DNA from: Halobacteriovoraceae bacterium
GTDB taxonomy: Bacteria > Bdellovibrionota > Bacteriovoracia > Bacteriovoracales > Bacteriovoracaceae
Reading direction: 5' to 3'
Length of the DNA: 64,000 bases
Assembly (NCBI GenBank): GCA_963719505.1
Contig: CAVRCF010000001.1
Location: forward strand, 864,001-928,000
A model generated the notes under the pieces. It saw only the letters and a program-made list of their open reading frames with translations. It had not been told where the DNA came from and ran no database searches. Below, one piece after another: positions 19,492-29,649 of this stretch (its first letter is position 1; each line of letters begins with the position of its first letter). A program made the translations under genes and the position numbers.

Positions 19492-20726
19492 AAAACTATT
19501 TTGATTTCGTAAAAGATCTTCCCAAAGATTTTAAAAAAAACGGACTCTTTATATTTTTAACCTATTTCTTTGCCATTTTTAGTTATCCCTTTGTGAGAGC
19601 TTCCACTGGGGCAATCTTTTATGAATCTTATTCTTCAAATGATTATTCTTTTGCGACCTTTATCTCAATTATCGCTTTAATTCTTATCATCTTCGTATCG
19701 AGTAAAATTCAAGCAAAAATTGGCGTACATAAATTATACCTTCTCTTAGGAGCAATCACCATTGGTGCTCTTTTAGGCTTTCATCACTTCCACAGTATTG
19801 GAATAAAGCCCATGGCTTATGGATTATTTGCGACTAAAGAGATTTATATCGTTCTTCTCATTCATCTTTGTCTGGCATTTTCAAATTCCTATTTTTCTAT
19901 GGAGCAACTCAAGAGGCTTTACGGGCCACTAGGGGCAGCTGGAAGTATTGGAGGTGTTCTCGGTGGACAGATGACATCACAGCTTGCCATGGGTTACGGA
20001 ACAAATAGCGTTTTCTATTTTTCGTTACTTCTTATTTTTTGCGCCCTTATTTGTTTTTATCAAACACGAAATGCAAATGTGGAAGAGAAAAAGAAAGTGG
20101 AGGAGAAATCCCCCCTAAAGTCAGTAAAGGGAATAGGGAAGTATGTTGTTCTTATCGCTTCAATTGTTGCTCTGACTCAAGTTGTCATTTATATAGCTGA
20201 TTTGCAGTTTAATATCGTTTTTGAACAAGTGGTTCAAACAAAGGATTTGAGGACGGCTTATCTGGGAAGAATCTTTTCTTACACAAACCTTGGAACACTT
20301 TTTTTTCAATTGATTGTCATCCCTTATGCCTTAGTGAGAGTTCCTATTAAATACGTTTTCTACTTTATTCCTTTTCTCTATCTTCTTCTTATTTTAGGTG
20401 GATTGGGTCTTGGAGCTGGTTCTTTGTATGTTGTGGCAGGTGTCTTCATTCTCTTGAAAGCTTGTGATTACTCACTATTTTCTGCCTCAAAAGAGGTTAT
20501 GTATCATCCTCTATCAAAGCTTCAAAAATACGGAGCAAAATATATAACTGATATGTTTGTTTATAGATTGGCCAAAGCGATCATCTCTTTTGTGATGAGC
20601 TTTTTTCTGGTCACCAATGTAAACTATCTCAATACAATTCAAATCGCTTGCTTGGGTCTTTGGATTGTGTGCATCTATTTTCTATTTAAAGAACAAAAAA
20701 CAAAAAACTTTCACCTCAATAACTAA
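19488..20726 (+). CDS. TLC/Npt-like nucleotide (ATP/ADP-type) translocase, MFS fold
   Basis: About 12 TM segments; KACDYSLF..SKEVMYHPL...QKYGAKYITDMFVYRLAK resembles the conserved C-terminal TLC signature. Confidence 0.7.
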   Translation: MKNYFDFVKDLPKDFKKNGLFIFLTYFFAIFSYPFVRASTGAIFYESYSSNDYSFATFISIIALILIIFVSSKIQAKIGVHKLYLLLGAITIGALLGFHHFHSIGIKPMAYGLFATKEIYIVLLIHLCLAFSNSYFSMEQLKRLYGPLGAAGSIGGVLGGQMTSQLAMGYGTNSVFYFSLLLIFCALICFYQTRNANVEEKKKVEEKSPLKSVKGIGKYVVLIASIVALTQVVIYIADLQFNIVFEQVVQTKDLRTAYLGRIFSYTNLGTLFFQLIVIPYALVRVPIKYVFYFIPFLYLLLILGGLGLGAGSLYVVAGVFILLKACDYSLFSASKEVMYHPLSKLQKYGAKYITDMFVYRLAKAIISFVMSFFLVTNVNYLNTIQIACLGLWIVCIYFLFKEQKTKNFHLNN

Positions 20727-20737
20727 AGGAGATAAAA

Positions 20738-22765
20738 ATGAATCCTCTATTACAAGAATCTACTCTACGACACGGAGCTGTCCCTTACGATAAAATTAAA
20801 GGTGAACACTTTCTTCCCGCTATCAAAGAGGCTATTGAAAGAGCAAATAAGAACTTAGATGACGTTAAAAATAAACCCGCAAGTTTTGAAAACACCATTG
20901 AAGGAATAGAATTTGCCGATGATTATGTCGGATATGTTTCCGGAATCTTTTTTGGGCTCTATTCAGCTCACTGTACGGAAGATATTGAGAAGGTATCTGA
21001 AGAGTTTAATTCGATTTTAACTAAGTATTATAATAATATTTCCCTTGATCAAGATCTGTATGCAAAGGTGAAAGAAGTTAAAGAAAGTGTTGATCTGGCA
21101 AGATTGTCCAATGAACAGAAAATGCTTTTAGATAAAACGAATAAATCATTTGTTCGAAACGGAGCAAAGCTTTCAAACGAAGACAAAGAAGTAATCCGAT
21201 CTATTGATGAAGAGATGTCAGCTCTTGAAGTTAAGTTCACTGAAAATGTAAGAAAAGGGACGAATGCTTTTCATCTTGTTATCGACAAAAAAGAAGACAT
21301 TGTGGGGATTCCTGACAACGCTGTTGAGGCAGCGGCAAATTTAGCGAAAGAAAAGGGGAAGGAAGGGGCTTGGATCTTTACGCTTCATTTTCCAAGCTAT
21401 TTACCTTTTATGCAAAACTGTAAAAATGCCCAGTTGAGAAAAGTGATGTCCACTGCTAAGCAAACAGTCGCTTTTGGCGGAGAGTTTGATAATACAAAGA
21501 ATGTAAAACGAATGCTTGAACTGAAAAGAAAAAGAGCGACGTTATTAGGTTATGAAACCCACGCTCACTTTATTTTAGAAGAGCGAATGGCCAAAGATCC
21601 AAAAACCGTAATAGATTTCTTAGAGAATATAAAATCAAAAGCGAAGCCAGCCTCAGATGAGGAGGTTAAAGAGTTAAAAGAATTAAAAAGAGAGTTAGAA
21701 GGGAATGATGATCTTTTTTCTTGGGATTTAGCTTTTTACACTCGGATTCTAAAAAAGAGAAAATTAGATATTGATGATGAAATTCTTAGACCTTACTTAA
21801 AACTTGAAAATGTTATTGATGGAGTTTTTAAGATTGCTGAGAACCTTTTTGACATCGAGTTTAAACAAGTAAATGATCTTCCGACTTGGCATAAAGATGT
21901 GAAAACTTTTGAAGTTTTTAATAAAGACAGCTCGTTCATAGGACTTTTTTATTGTGACTTTCACCCAAGAGAAGAAAAAAGACCAGGGGCTTGGATGTCA
22001 GATACTGTTCCTCAAGGAATGATGTTTGGAAAACTTGGTACTCCTCAGATTCACAATACTTGTAATTTTACAAAGCCTACAGAGACTAAGCCTTCGCTTT
22101 TAACTTTGAATGAGGTCGAGACATTGTTTCATGAGTTCGGTCACGGATTACACGGTCTTCTGTCAAAATGTCATTACAAGAGTATCGGGGGAACGAATGT
22201 TCTTTGGGACTTTGTAGAGCTTCCTTCTCAAATTATGGAAAATTGGGTGAAAGAAAAAGAATGTCTCGATCTCTTTGCTAAGCATTTTGAGACAGGGGAG
22301 ACGATTCCCGAAGACATCATTGAAAAAATTAAAAAATCTTCAACTTTTCAAGAAGGTTACGCGACGATGAGACAAGTTTCATTCGCAACTTTAGATATGA
22401 AGCTTCACACTCTTGATCCAAAAGAGATCACTGATCTTGCTTCTTTTGAAAAAGAGGTTTTCGAAGAATTTAAATTTACTGATGAAGATGATATTGAAAA
22501 AAGTATGTTGGCCTCATTTGGTCATATTTTTCCTCATGGAGGATACTCTTCAGGCTACTATTCCTATAAATGGGCTGAAGTTTTAGATGCAGACGCCTTT
22601 GAAGCTTTCAAAGAAAAGAGCATCTTTGATAAAGAGGTTGCAAAGAAATTTAAGGAAAACATTTTAGAAAAAGGTGGAAGTGTTCATCCAATGGAGCTCT
22701 ATATTGCCTTCAGAGGAAAGGAGCCCAATGTCGATCCTCTCTTAAGAAGGGCCGGACTCCTTTAG
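20738..22765 (+). CDS. dcp: M3-family metallopeptidase (peptidyl-dipeptidase Dcp / oligopeptidase A)
   Basis: FHEFGHGLH, DFVELPSQ and GYYSYKWAEVLDAD motifs. Confidence 0.9.
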   Translation: MNPLLQESTLRHGAVPYDKIKGEHFLPAIKEAIERANKNLDDVKNKPASFENTIEGIEFADDYVGYVSGIFFGLYSAHCTEDIEKVSEEFNSILTKYYNNISLDQDLYAKVKEVKESVDLARLSNEQKMLLDKTNKSFVRNGAKLSNEDKEVIRSIDEEMSALEVKFTENVRKGTNAFHLVIDKKEDIVGIPDNAVEAAANLAKEKGKEGAWIFTLHFPSYLPFMQNCKNAQLRKVMSTAKQTVAFGGEFDNTKNVKRMLELKRKRATLLGYETHAHFILEERMAKDPKTVIDFLENIKSKAKPASDEEVKELKELKRELEGNDDLFSWDLAFYTRILKKRKLDIDDEILRPYLKLENVIDGVFKIAENLFDIEFKQVNDLPTWHKDVKTFEVFNKDSSFIGLFYCDFHPREEKRPGAWMSDTVPQGMMFGKLGTPQIHNTCNFTKPTETKPSLLTLNEVETLFHEFGHGLHGLLSKCHYKSIGGTNVLWDFVELPSQIMENWVKEKECLDLFAKHFETGETIPEDIIEKIKKSSTFQEGYATMRQVSFATLDMKLHTLDPKEITDLASFEKEVFEEFKFTDEDDIEKSMLASFGHIFPHGGYSSGYYSYKWAEVLDADAFEAFKEKSIFDKEVAKKFKENILEKGGSVHPMELYIAFRGKEPNVDPLLRRAGLL

Positions 22766-23548
22766 TTTCTTTTTAACCAGCGCCCAATACTCTTCAAGCT
22801 CTGGAACACTTAATTTAAGGATATCTTTTTGATCATCTTTAATGAGGGAATCCAGGCTTGAAAATCGCTTGATAAATTTTTTATTAGAGGCCCTTAGGGC
22901 CTCTTCGGCATCGATATCGAGATGTCTTGCCAGTTGAGTCACACTAAATAAAAGATCACCAATCTCATCTTTTATTCTTTCTTTATTATTTTCAATATCG
23001 TAAAGCTCAGCTTTGACCTCATCCCATTCTTCTTGAACTTTATCCATAACTTGTTGATGGTTGTCCCAGTCAAAATTAACTTTCGCACTTTTTTTTCCAA
23101 TCTTCTGAGCACTCATAAGAGCAGGCATGGCAAGGTCTTCAGGTTTAAAAAATGACGTTGGTTTTCCAGATTTTTCTTCTTTTTTGAGCTTCTCCCAATT
23201 TTCAATAACCTGTTCACTTGAGATCTTTTTCGAGTCAGGTGCAAAAACATGGGGATGGCGATAGATCATTTTATCAGCAAGTTTTTTACTAACCGTCTCC
23301 AAGTTAAAGTGATTTTTCTCTGAGGCTATTTGGGAGTGTAGAAGGACCTGAAAGAAAACGTCTCCAAGCTCTTCCTCCATTTCTGCTACATCCTGGCTTT
23401 CAACAGCATGTTTGTATTCATAAGACTCTTCAATAAGGTATTTCATGAGACTTTTATGGTCTTGTTTAAGATCCCACGGGCATCCTGATTCAGGATCTCT
23501 CAATTTTTTGACAACTTCTATAACTCTTTTAATTTGCGGATATTCCAT
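22742..23548 (-). CDS. mazG: Nucleoside triphosphate pyrophosphohydrolase MazG
   Basis: GCPWD, EEELGD, RHPHVF and DEIGDLLF motifs (tandem MazG domains). Confidence 0.95.
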   Translation of the reverse strand: MEYPQIKRVIEVVKKLRDPESGCPWDLKQDHKSLMKYLIEESYEYKHAVESQDVAEMEEELGDVFFQVLLHSQIASEKNHFNLETVSKKLADKMIYRHPHVFAPDSKKISSEQVIENWEKLKKEEKSGKPTSFFKPEDLAMPALMSAQKIGKKSAKVNFDWDNHQQVMDKVQEEWDEVKAELYDIENNKERIKDEIGDLLFSVTQLARHLDIDAEEALRASNKKFIKRFSSLDSLIKDDQKDILKLSVPELEEYWALVKKKLKESGPS

Positions 23549-23595
23549 TTAGACTCCAAGTGTGTTAGATAGAGATTATCATAAAAAGGAAGTGA

Positions 23596-24132
23596 ATGGA
23601 AAAGCATGATCTTGAGATTCAAAGCGGTAAAGTTAATATTGTTTTTTACTATACTGATAGTCTTGTAGGCTCCAATGAGCTTGAGAGCTACCAAAAATGG
23701 TTAGGCTTTGGGGCTTGTGCTATTGACCAACATTTCTACCATGAGAAAAAGCCTCTTGTTCTCAATGTATCTCTTTGTAGTGATGAAGAGATTATTGATA
23801 TTAATTCAGAGCACAGAAGTAAGGCCAAAGTCACGGATGTTCTCTCTTTTCCAATGCAAGAGAGTATGAGAGACGGAATCTATGAGGACTTTCTTCCACA
23901 AATTGAACTTGGGGATATTCTTATCTGTAAGTCGGTTTGTGAAAGCCAAGCTCAAGAATTTAAAATCAGCTACTTTGAAGAGTTTATTCATCTTTTTATT
24001 CATGGATTTCTTCACGTTTATGGATATGACCACGAGGTTTCTGAGACTGAAGAACAAATAATGGAAACTTTGGAAGCTGCTCTTTTAGATAAAGTAGGAG
24101 AGATAAAAAAAGCGGGAACAAGTCCCGCTTAA
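23596..24132 (+). CDS. ybeY: rRNA maturation RNase YbeY
   Basis: TDVLSFP, LGDI and HLFIHGFLHVYGYDH motifs. Confidence 0.95.
   Translation: MEKHDLEIQSGKVNIVFYYTDSLVGSNELESYQKWLGFGACAIDQHFYHEKKPLVLNVSLCSDEEIIDINSEHRSKAKVTDVLSFPMQESMRDGIYEDFLPQIELGDILICKSVCESQAQEFKISYFEEFIHLFIHGFLHVYGYDHEVSETEEQIMETLEAALLDKVGEIKKAGTSPA
24105..24131 (-). terminator. Terminator for the subtilase gene (possibly bidirectional), inside the ybeY 3' end
   Basis: AAGCGGGA-ACAAG-TCCCGCTT preceded by an A-run (T-run on minus strand). Confidence 0.7.
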
Positions 24133-24135
24133 TTT

Positions 24136-25461
24136 TTATTTTTGATTTTGGTCTTGAATTAAATCTATGTAATTTTCTAATGTGTATTGAAGGGCCTTGT
24201 AAAGATCCACCCTTCCGCCTGAAGCCATGTAGAGATCAAACTTTCTCACCTTAGTGACTGAGCTTATAAGAATTTTTTTAATGGATTCACCATTGAGTTC
24301 TGGGAAGTTACTCAGAAGCTCGGCAGCGACTCCAGCTGCAGTAGGGCTGGCCATACTTGTTCCAGACATACTTGAGTATGAGTTTCCTGGAACTGTTGAG
24401 TAGATTGAAGAACCTGGTGCCGCGACATCAACGTTCTTTACTCCAACATTTGAAAAGCTAGAAAGCCTTCCTCTTTTTGTTGTGGATGCAACAACCATTA
24501 AATGGTTACTTTGAAATGATGCGGGATAAACAAGGTTTTTATCAATATCTTTTTTATAATCATTCCCAGCCGCTGCCACAACTAAAGCGCCGTACTCATT
24601 GCCTATGAAGTCGATGGTCTCATTGACAATCATGCCGCCTTCGTTGTGTTTTTTACCAAATGAGCAGTTGAGAATTTTTGCTCCATTTTTTCCAGCGTAG
24701 AGAAAAGATTCAACAACATCAGCGTCGGTTTCATCTGAGCTATCAGGAACTGTTCTAATGGCCATAATTTTTGCCGTCGATGCAATTCCTGCAATACCAA
24801 TATTATTATTTTGCTTGGCTGCAATAGTACCAGCGACATGGGTTCCATGGGCATGGCTTGCCATCGGATCAGTGTCACCACTTAGGGGATCAATTCCAAA
24901 AATATCATCGACGTAACCATTATTGTCGTCATCAATTCCATTGCCTTCGATTTCACCTTGGTTTTTCCACATACTGTCAGCGAGGTCTTCATGCTTGTAA
25001 TCGACACCAGTGTCAACGACCGCCACAATGACTTCTTCTTTTATTGTATTAAGCGGTGAGAGGTAGGATTTGTTAATAGAGATCCCATTGTCGGAATCAT
25101 CAAGAAAAGACCAAACCTGCCCAGCTTTAGGGTCATTAAAAGCCCCAAAGTAAAAGTTAGTTTCATCTGACTTCGTTTGCTCCATTTTTGGTAGAGCATC
25201 TTTTTCAGCGTAATAGTTTCTTTCGATTCGATCAATAGATCTGTCACCTTTGAGATCGGCTTCAAGTTTTAAGACATCTTGAGTTTCGACCAGATAGTTT
25301 TGGCCAAACAAATGCTTAGAGCTTTTGATAAAGTTAGAACTTGGAAGTGTCTCGCCTTTTTTAACTTTAATAAATGCTTTGGTTTTATCGAATCTGATAT
25401 CGGTTGCATGTAAGTTGATAGCAATTGTCAGGCATAAAAGCCCTATTACTTTATTCATCAT
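24136..25461 (-). CDS. Secreted S8 subtilisin-like serine protease
   Basis: Triad motifs VVDTG, HGTHVAG, GTSMA; AAAGN; signal peptide from ATG 25461 with AAGGA RBS. Confidence 0.95.
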   Translation of the reverse strand: MMNKVIGLLCLTIAINLHATDIRFDKTKAFIKVKKGETLPSSNFIKSSKHLFGQNYLVETQDVLKLEADLKGDRSIDRIERNYYAEKDALPKMEQTKSDETNFYFGAFNDPKAGQVWSFLDDSDNGISINKSYLSPLNTIKEEVIVAVVDTGVDYKHEDLADSMWKNQGEIEGNGIDDDNNGYVDDIFGIDPLSGDTDPMASHAHGTHVAGTIAAKQNNNIGIAGIASTAKIMAIRTVPDSSDETDADVVESFLYAGKNGAKILNCSFGKKHNEGGMIVNETIDFIGNEYGALVVAAAGNDYKKDIDKNLVYPASFQSNHLMVVASTTKRGRLSSFSNVGVKNVDVAAPGSSIYSTVPGNSYSSMSGTSMASPTAAGVAAELLSNFPELNGESIKKILISSVTKVRKFDLYMASGGRVDLYKALQYTLENYIDLIQDQNQK

Positions 25462-25775
25462 TTTCAATCCTTTGGTTAATGAACATAAAAGTAGAGAGAT
25501 CATTTCAAGAACCTTTGTGGTTGGCAACAAACAGGTTCTTACATTCTGTACATTTGTTAAGTGGATTGGCAGCTGAAAACTGATACCATACCTGTATTTT
25601 CAGGAACTTATGAGGTGTCAAAAATATTGATAGATAATTGTTGCGCAGCGTGCTACTATTGTAATTAATTTAGTCAAGTAAATGTTAAACTGTAAAAGGG
25701 TAAATTTTCCGCTGAAGTGCATGAGCTGGAATTCTGTTAAAATATTAGTCAATACAGAATTCCAAAAAAGAGGTT

Positions 25776-27185
25776 ATGTTGAATTATTTTTCGATTAAAA
25801 CATTCAAAGTAGTTAAGAACACGACAATTGTTGGTTGTCTCTTGGCTTCGACTTTCACTCAGGCATCTTTATCAAATAGAAGCACCCTCAGACTCGATAC
25901 ACCAAATCAAATTCCTTCTAAAGACAATGGTTTCAAAGGATCAGTTCTTTTTCAAACCAATCAGTGGATGGATGATGTTGGTGAAGTCGTCGGGAATAAA
26001 TATTTTGGAGAAGTCGATCTAAGCTATAATTCAAAAAATGGTGGAGACCTTGAGCAAAAATATGAATTTAAATCGCGAATTAACGATCAAGAACAATTGC
26101 AATTTTCATTGCCTGAAACATATGTAAAATTTCGTCTAGGTCAAAATAGTGAAGTTTATGCTGGAAGAAAAATTCTTCCATGGAGTTCCCTAGACTCAAC
26201 TTGGGGTTTTGGTAAGCTCAATAATAGAATCAACTTTGATGGATTTGAGCCAGGACAAGAGGGTCTGACAGGAGCCACTGTTAATTTCAATTTCGACTCT
26301 GGATTCAAAGTTTCTTTCTTTGGAACTGGAATCTATGTTCCTGAGTTAAACCCTGGAACAAAAATAAATGAAGGTGATGGAACAATTGAATGTCAAAATG
26401 CGTGGTGTAAAGCCCCGGATGCCGGTGCTGATACCAACTCAGATGGTGTTCCCGACAAAGATATTTTCTACTCTGTCGAAATGCCTGATATCGCCGATGT
26501 CGTTTTTAGATACGCTGGTGGTGTTAACTTAGGTTTTGAAAATCAAAATCATAAATTTAATGGATTTTTTATCAGAAAACCTGAGAATAACTTTTCACTT
26601 TCAGTTGAAGTTAGTTTTGATGCTGCAGAAGATATTGTTAATGCAGATGTTACACCACAGTTTTTCTATCACAATGTATCGGGTGCTGAGTACGCTCTCA
26701 AAGCGATTAAGAACGTAGAACTCTATGCAAACTACTTAAGAATTGATCCAGACAATAACCCTGATAATACAGAGCCCTTAATTGTCTACACGGGTATAAA
26801 ACCAAATAAAAAGTTTGAAGAATACGTTGGTTCTGGAGCAAGATACAGTAACAGAGACTTTGCTGCGTCTTTCAATTATGTAGCCCGTATCAGCGAATAT
26901 GACGTTTCAGAGGATACTCTTGTTGAATATCCAAGGTGGAACCAAGCGGTAAATTTAAATATAAGTACAAAGCTATCAAGGAAGTTGGCTTTAGGATTTG
27001 ATTACAAATATGACATGCTCACGGAAGATCGATTAACGATGTTAAAAGCGAACTACCAGTTCAGACCGAACATGGTGATTTCAGCCGGAGCTAATATAAT
27101 TGGTTCTGATGATGATGCTGATTCTTATTGGTCTGACTTTGTAAACAATGACACTGTTTATAGTTCGTTTAAGTATATCTTTTAA
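25776..27185 (+). CDS. Outer-membrane beta-barrel protein
   Basis: Signal peptide; beta-strand periodicity; C-terminal FKYIF; DTNSDGVPD loop. Confidence 0.75.
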   Translation: MLNYFSIKTFKVVKNTTIVGCLLASTFTQASLSNRSTLRLDTPNQIPSKDNGFKGSVLFQTNQWMDDVGEVVGNKYFGEVDLSYNSKNGGDLEQKYEFKSRINDQEQLQFSLPETYVKFRLGQNSEVYAGRKILPWSSLDSTWGFGKLNNRINFDGFEPGQEGLTGATVNFNFDSGFKVSFFGTGIYVPELNPGTKINEGDGTIECQNAWCKAPDAGADTNSDGVPDKDIFYSVEMPDIADVVFRYAGGVNLGFENQNHKFNGFFIRKPENNFSLSVEVSFDAAEDIVNADVTPQFFYHNVSGAEYALKAIKNVELYANYLRIDPDNNPDNTEPLIVYTGIKPNKKFEEYVGSGARYSNRDFAASFNYVARISEYDVSEDTLVEYPRWNQAVNLNISTKLSRKLALGFDYKYDMLTEDRLTMLKANYQFRPNMVISAGANIIGSDDDADSYWSDFVNNDTVYSSFKYIF

Positions 27186-27204
27186 CGAATTATAAGGAGT
27201 TTCC

Positions 27205-29643
27205 ATGCCTGGTATCTGCACAAGGCTTGTTACATTCACATTATTCATCACTCTTTTCGCCTCTTGTGGTGATGCTTTTATGAAGAAAAAGAGTAAAACT
27301 GAAAGTCGTAATCAGTTTGTTCAATGTGACATGAACATGAAAGCTCTATCTCTAATATTTGAAGAAAAAATTAAAGGTGATCTTCTTTGCCTTAAAGAAA
27401 ACTTAAACCTCTTCATGGATGTTGTTAAAACGGCTAGACCAGGGAATCTCTCTTTAGTTGAGTTAAAACTTTATATCAAAAAAAATATTCAAGATATCGA
27501 CCCTTCAATTTTTGACCTCTTAGATGCCATTTTTGAAATGAACTCACTCGTTCTTGGTGATGACAAAAAATATATAAAGAGAGGAAATGTTGATAAGTTA
27601 GTTGAACTTTTTATTGGAATAAATGAGACTGTTGTTGATAACAGAGTTGTTGAATACTATTCTTCAAAAGATAGAGTGACTTACCAAAAACACAATGAAA
27701 GAAAAGCGATGGTCTTCCAAGCTTTAAGTAAAGTTGGCTCACTCATTATCGATATCTCTGTCGTTAATAATAACGAAATTGATTTCCATACATTTTTGGG
27801 AAATTTTGAAAAAATTGAAACAGATCCTGATACTCAAAAAGTTTTAAAAAACCTTACAAAGCTTCTCTATGTTAAGAAAATGTTTCTCGGTGGTGATGAA
27901 AAAATGCTTAATTCAAGAGAGCTTAGACGTCTGGCCAGAATGTTGCCAGATATCGCGAAAGTTACTTTTGATCTGTCTAACCTAAATAAGATCGATCACA
28001 GTGAAAATGAAGAAGAAGAAATAATAGAGACTCTAAGTGTTGGAGCTCGCTCTCTAGTTAAAAACTTATACTACCAAGGTTCTGATGAACCGATTATGAA
28101 TTTCCAAGATATTTTTAATACAATAGACATTTTTGGAACGGAATCAGTTTTAAAATGGTTTAGCTATAAAAAAGAAATTCTTTTGGCCAAAGAGGTTCTT
28201 CTCGAAACAAATAGTGAAGTCTTTTCTGCTAGTGAAGTTTATAAACTTTTTGACGATATTCTTAATAAAAATCTTGAAAAGGGTGTTTTTATTTATAAAA
28301 CATACCGCTTGAACAAAACTCAACTTGATTCACCTTCGATAATCACTGAAGATTTAAGAAATGTTGTGGACATTGGTCCAAACGACTCTGATTATATGAA
28401 AGCGATGAACAGAATCGTAAAAAAATACATGTTCTTTAAAGGGCGAGATCCTATCGCAAAATTTAGTCGAAGTATTAAAAGAAGTCCTTTAGGTATCCTT
28501 GAAATCTCCTTTATTGAAGATATGGTGAGAAGAATTAATGCGGGAAAAGCTCGTCAAATGCTACGCATGGTGGGATCAAATATTTCAGATTTGCAAAGAA
28601 AGATTATTGCGATCAATAACGATGATAGCTTATCGAGGCGAGAGAAAAGAAAAGCTATTCAACCGATATTAGAAAAAATTGAAGCTCAAAATAACTTGAG
28701 ATCAACGGTTGATAGTCGACAACTCTCTGGTGAGGGCATGACTCAAGAGACGATTTTAGCTCTTTTTGATGACTATGGAAAAATTTTGGTCGCTGAAGAT
28801 TTGATAACGGCAAAAAGAGAAGCCAATACTGCTGAGACGATCACACTCATGACAAGTATGTTTCAATCTCAATCAAATGGTGATGGCTTTATAGAGGTCG
28901 GTGAGATGACTGAGTTTGCTGTCGAACTTATGGGAGGAATGAATACAGCTTCCATGGGGCAAGAATATTTTAGTAAAGTCTGTGAAAATGTTGAACCGAA
29001 TTCAAATAATCCCGCGCGTTTTATGCCAGAGTGCTTTCGATTGAACTTTATGGAGTTTCTTGAGCAGAGCCAAAACGATGTGAAACTAGCTGATCATCTT
29101 CCAGGGCTTGTCACTTATTTAAACGATGAAAACGTCGATGCTGATAAGTACTTACAAATTAGTGAGGGCTTTACAAGATCATGTACGCACTTTGATGATG
29201 GAAGAGCTGTTCCTTATACGGAAGGGGAGATGCTTCTTCTTTTCACTGGTATGTTTGCAGTCGAGCAAACCTTTGCTCGTTTTGATGTGAATAATAATAA
29301 TATCCTCGATGAAGAAGAGGTTAGTGCATCATTTGTGGTCTACGAGGAGGCGATAAAAGCCCTTATTCCAGTAGACTTCTTAAAGGGAAGAGCTAAGGAT
29401 TTCTATCTTTATTTAATGAAGTATAAGGCACTGCCTGACGTTCAAAACGTTACTGGTCTGAGAAGTCTTTGGAGAGCGATTAAAGAGGGTGCAAAATTTG
29501 CGGCATTTGTGGCAAAAAGTTCTCGTAATAAAAGCTCAAAAGCTGATAGAGAGACTATTGCTACTATTCTCAAGACCTTGTCAGAGCTTAGCCCAGAAGC
29601 GACAAAAAATCCTTTTCCATGTGAGTTACTCGAACTAGAATAA
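27205..29643 (+). CDS. Large helical lipoprotein with EF-hand-like loops
   Basis: AAGGAG RBS; lipobox FASC; DVNNNNILDEEE and QSNGDGFIEVGE loops. Confidence 0.7.
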   Translation: MPGICTRLVTFTLFITLFASCGDAFMKKKSKTESRNQFVQCDMNMKALSLIFEEKIKGDLLCLKENLNLFMDVVKTARPGNLSLVELKLYIKKNIQDIDPSIFDLLDAIFEMNSLVLGDDKKYIKRGNVDKLVELFIGINETVVDNRVVEYYSSKDRVTYQKHNERKAMVFQALSKVGSLIIDISVVNNNEIDFHTFLGNFEKIETDPDTQKVLKNLTKLLYVKKMFLGGDEKMLNSRELRRLARMLPDIAKVTFDLSNLNKIDHSENEEEEIIETLSVGARSLVKNLYYQGSDEPIMNFQDIFNTIDIFGTESVLKWFSYKKEILLAKEVLLETNSEVFSASEVYKLFDDILNKNLEKGVFIYKTYRLNKTQLDSPSIITEDLRNVVDIGPNDSDYMKAMNRIVKKYMFFKGRDPIAKFSRSIKRSPLGILEISFIEDMVRRINAGKARQMLRMVGSNISDLQRKIIAINNDDSLSRREKRKAIQPILEKIEAQNNLRSTVDSRQLSGEGMTQETILALFDDYGKILVAEDLITAKREANTAETITLMTSMFQSQSNGDGFIEVGEMTEFAVELMGGMNTASMGQEYFSKVCENVEPNSNNPARFMPECFRLNFMEFLEQSQNDVKLADHLPGLVTYLNDENVDADKYLQISEGFTRSCTHFDDGRAVPYTEGEMLLLFTGMFAVEQTFARFDVNNNNILDEEEVSASFVVYEEAIKALIPVDFLKGRAKDFYLYLMKYKALPDVQNVTGLRSLWRAIKEGAKFAAFVAKSSRNKSSKADRETIATILKTLSELSPEATKNPFPCELLELE

Positions 29644-29649
29644 GAGTCT

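Noticed and set aside
22742..23548. MazG as an anti-phage or toxin-antitoxin component
   Set aside because: Full tandem-domain housekeeping MazG beside ybeY with no defence neighbours
29290..29301. (AAT)4 microsatellite
   Set aside because: Encodes the NNNN of the EF-hand loop and is too short for phase variation
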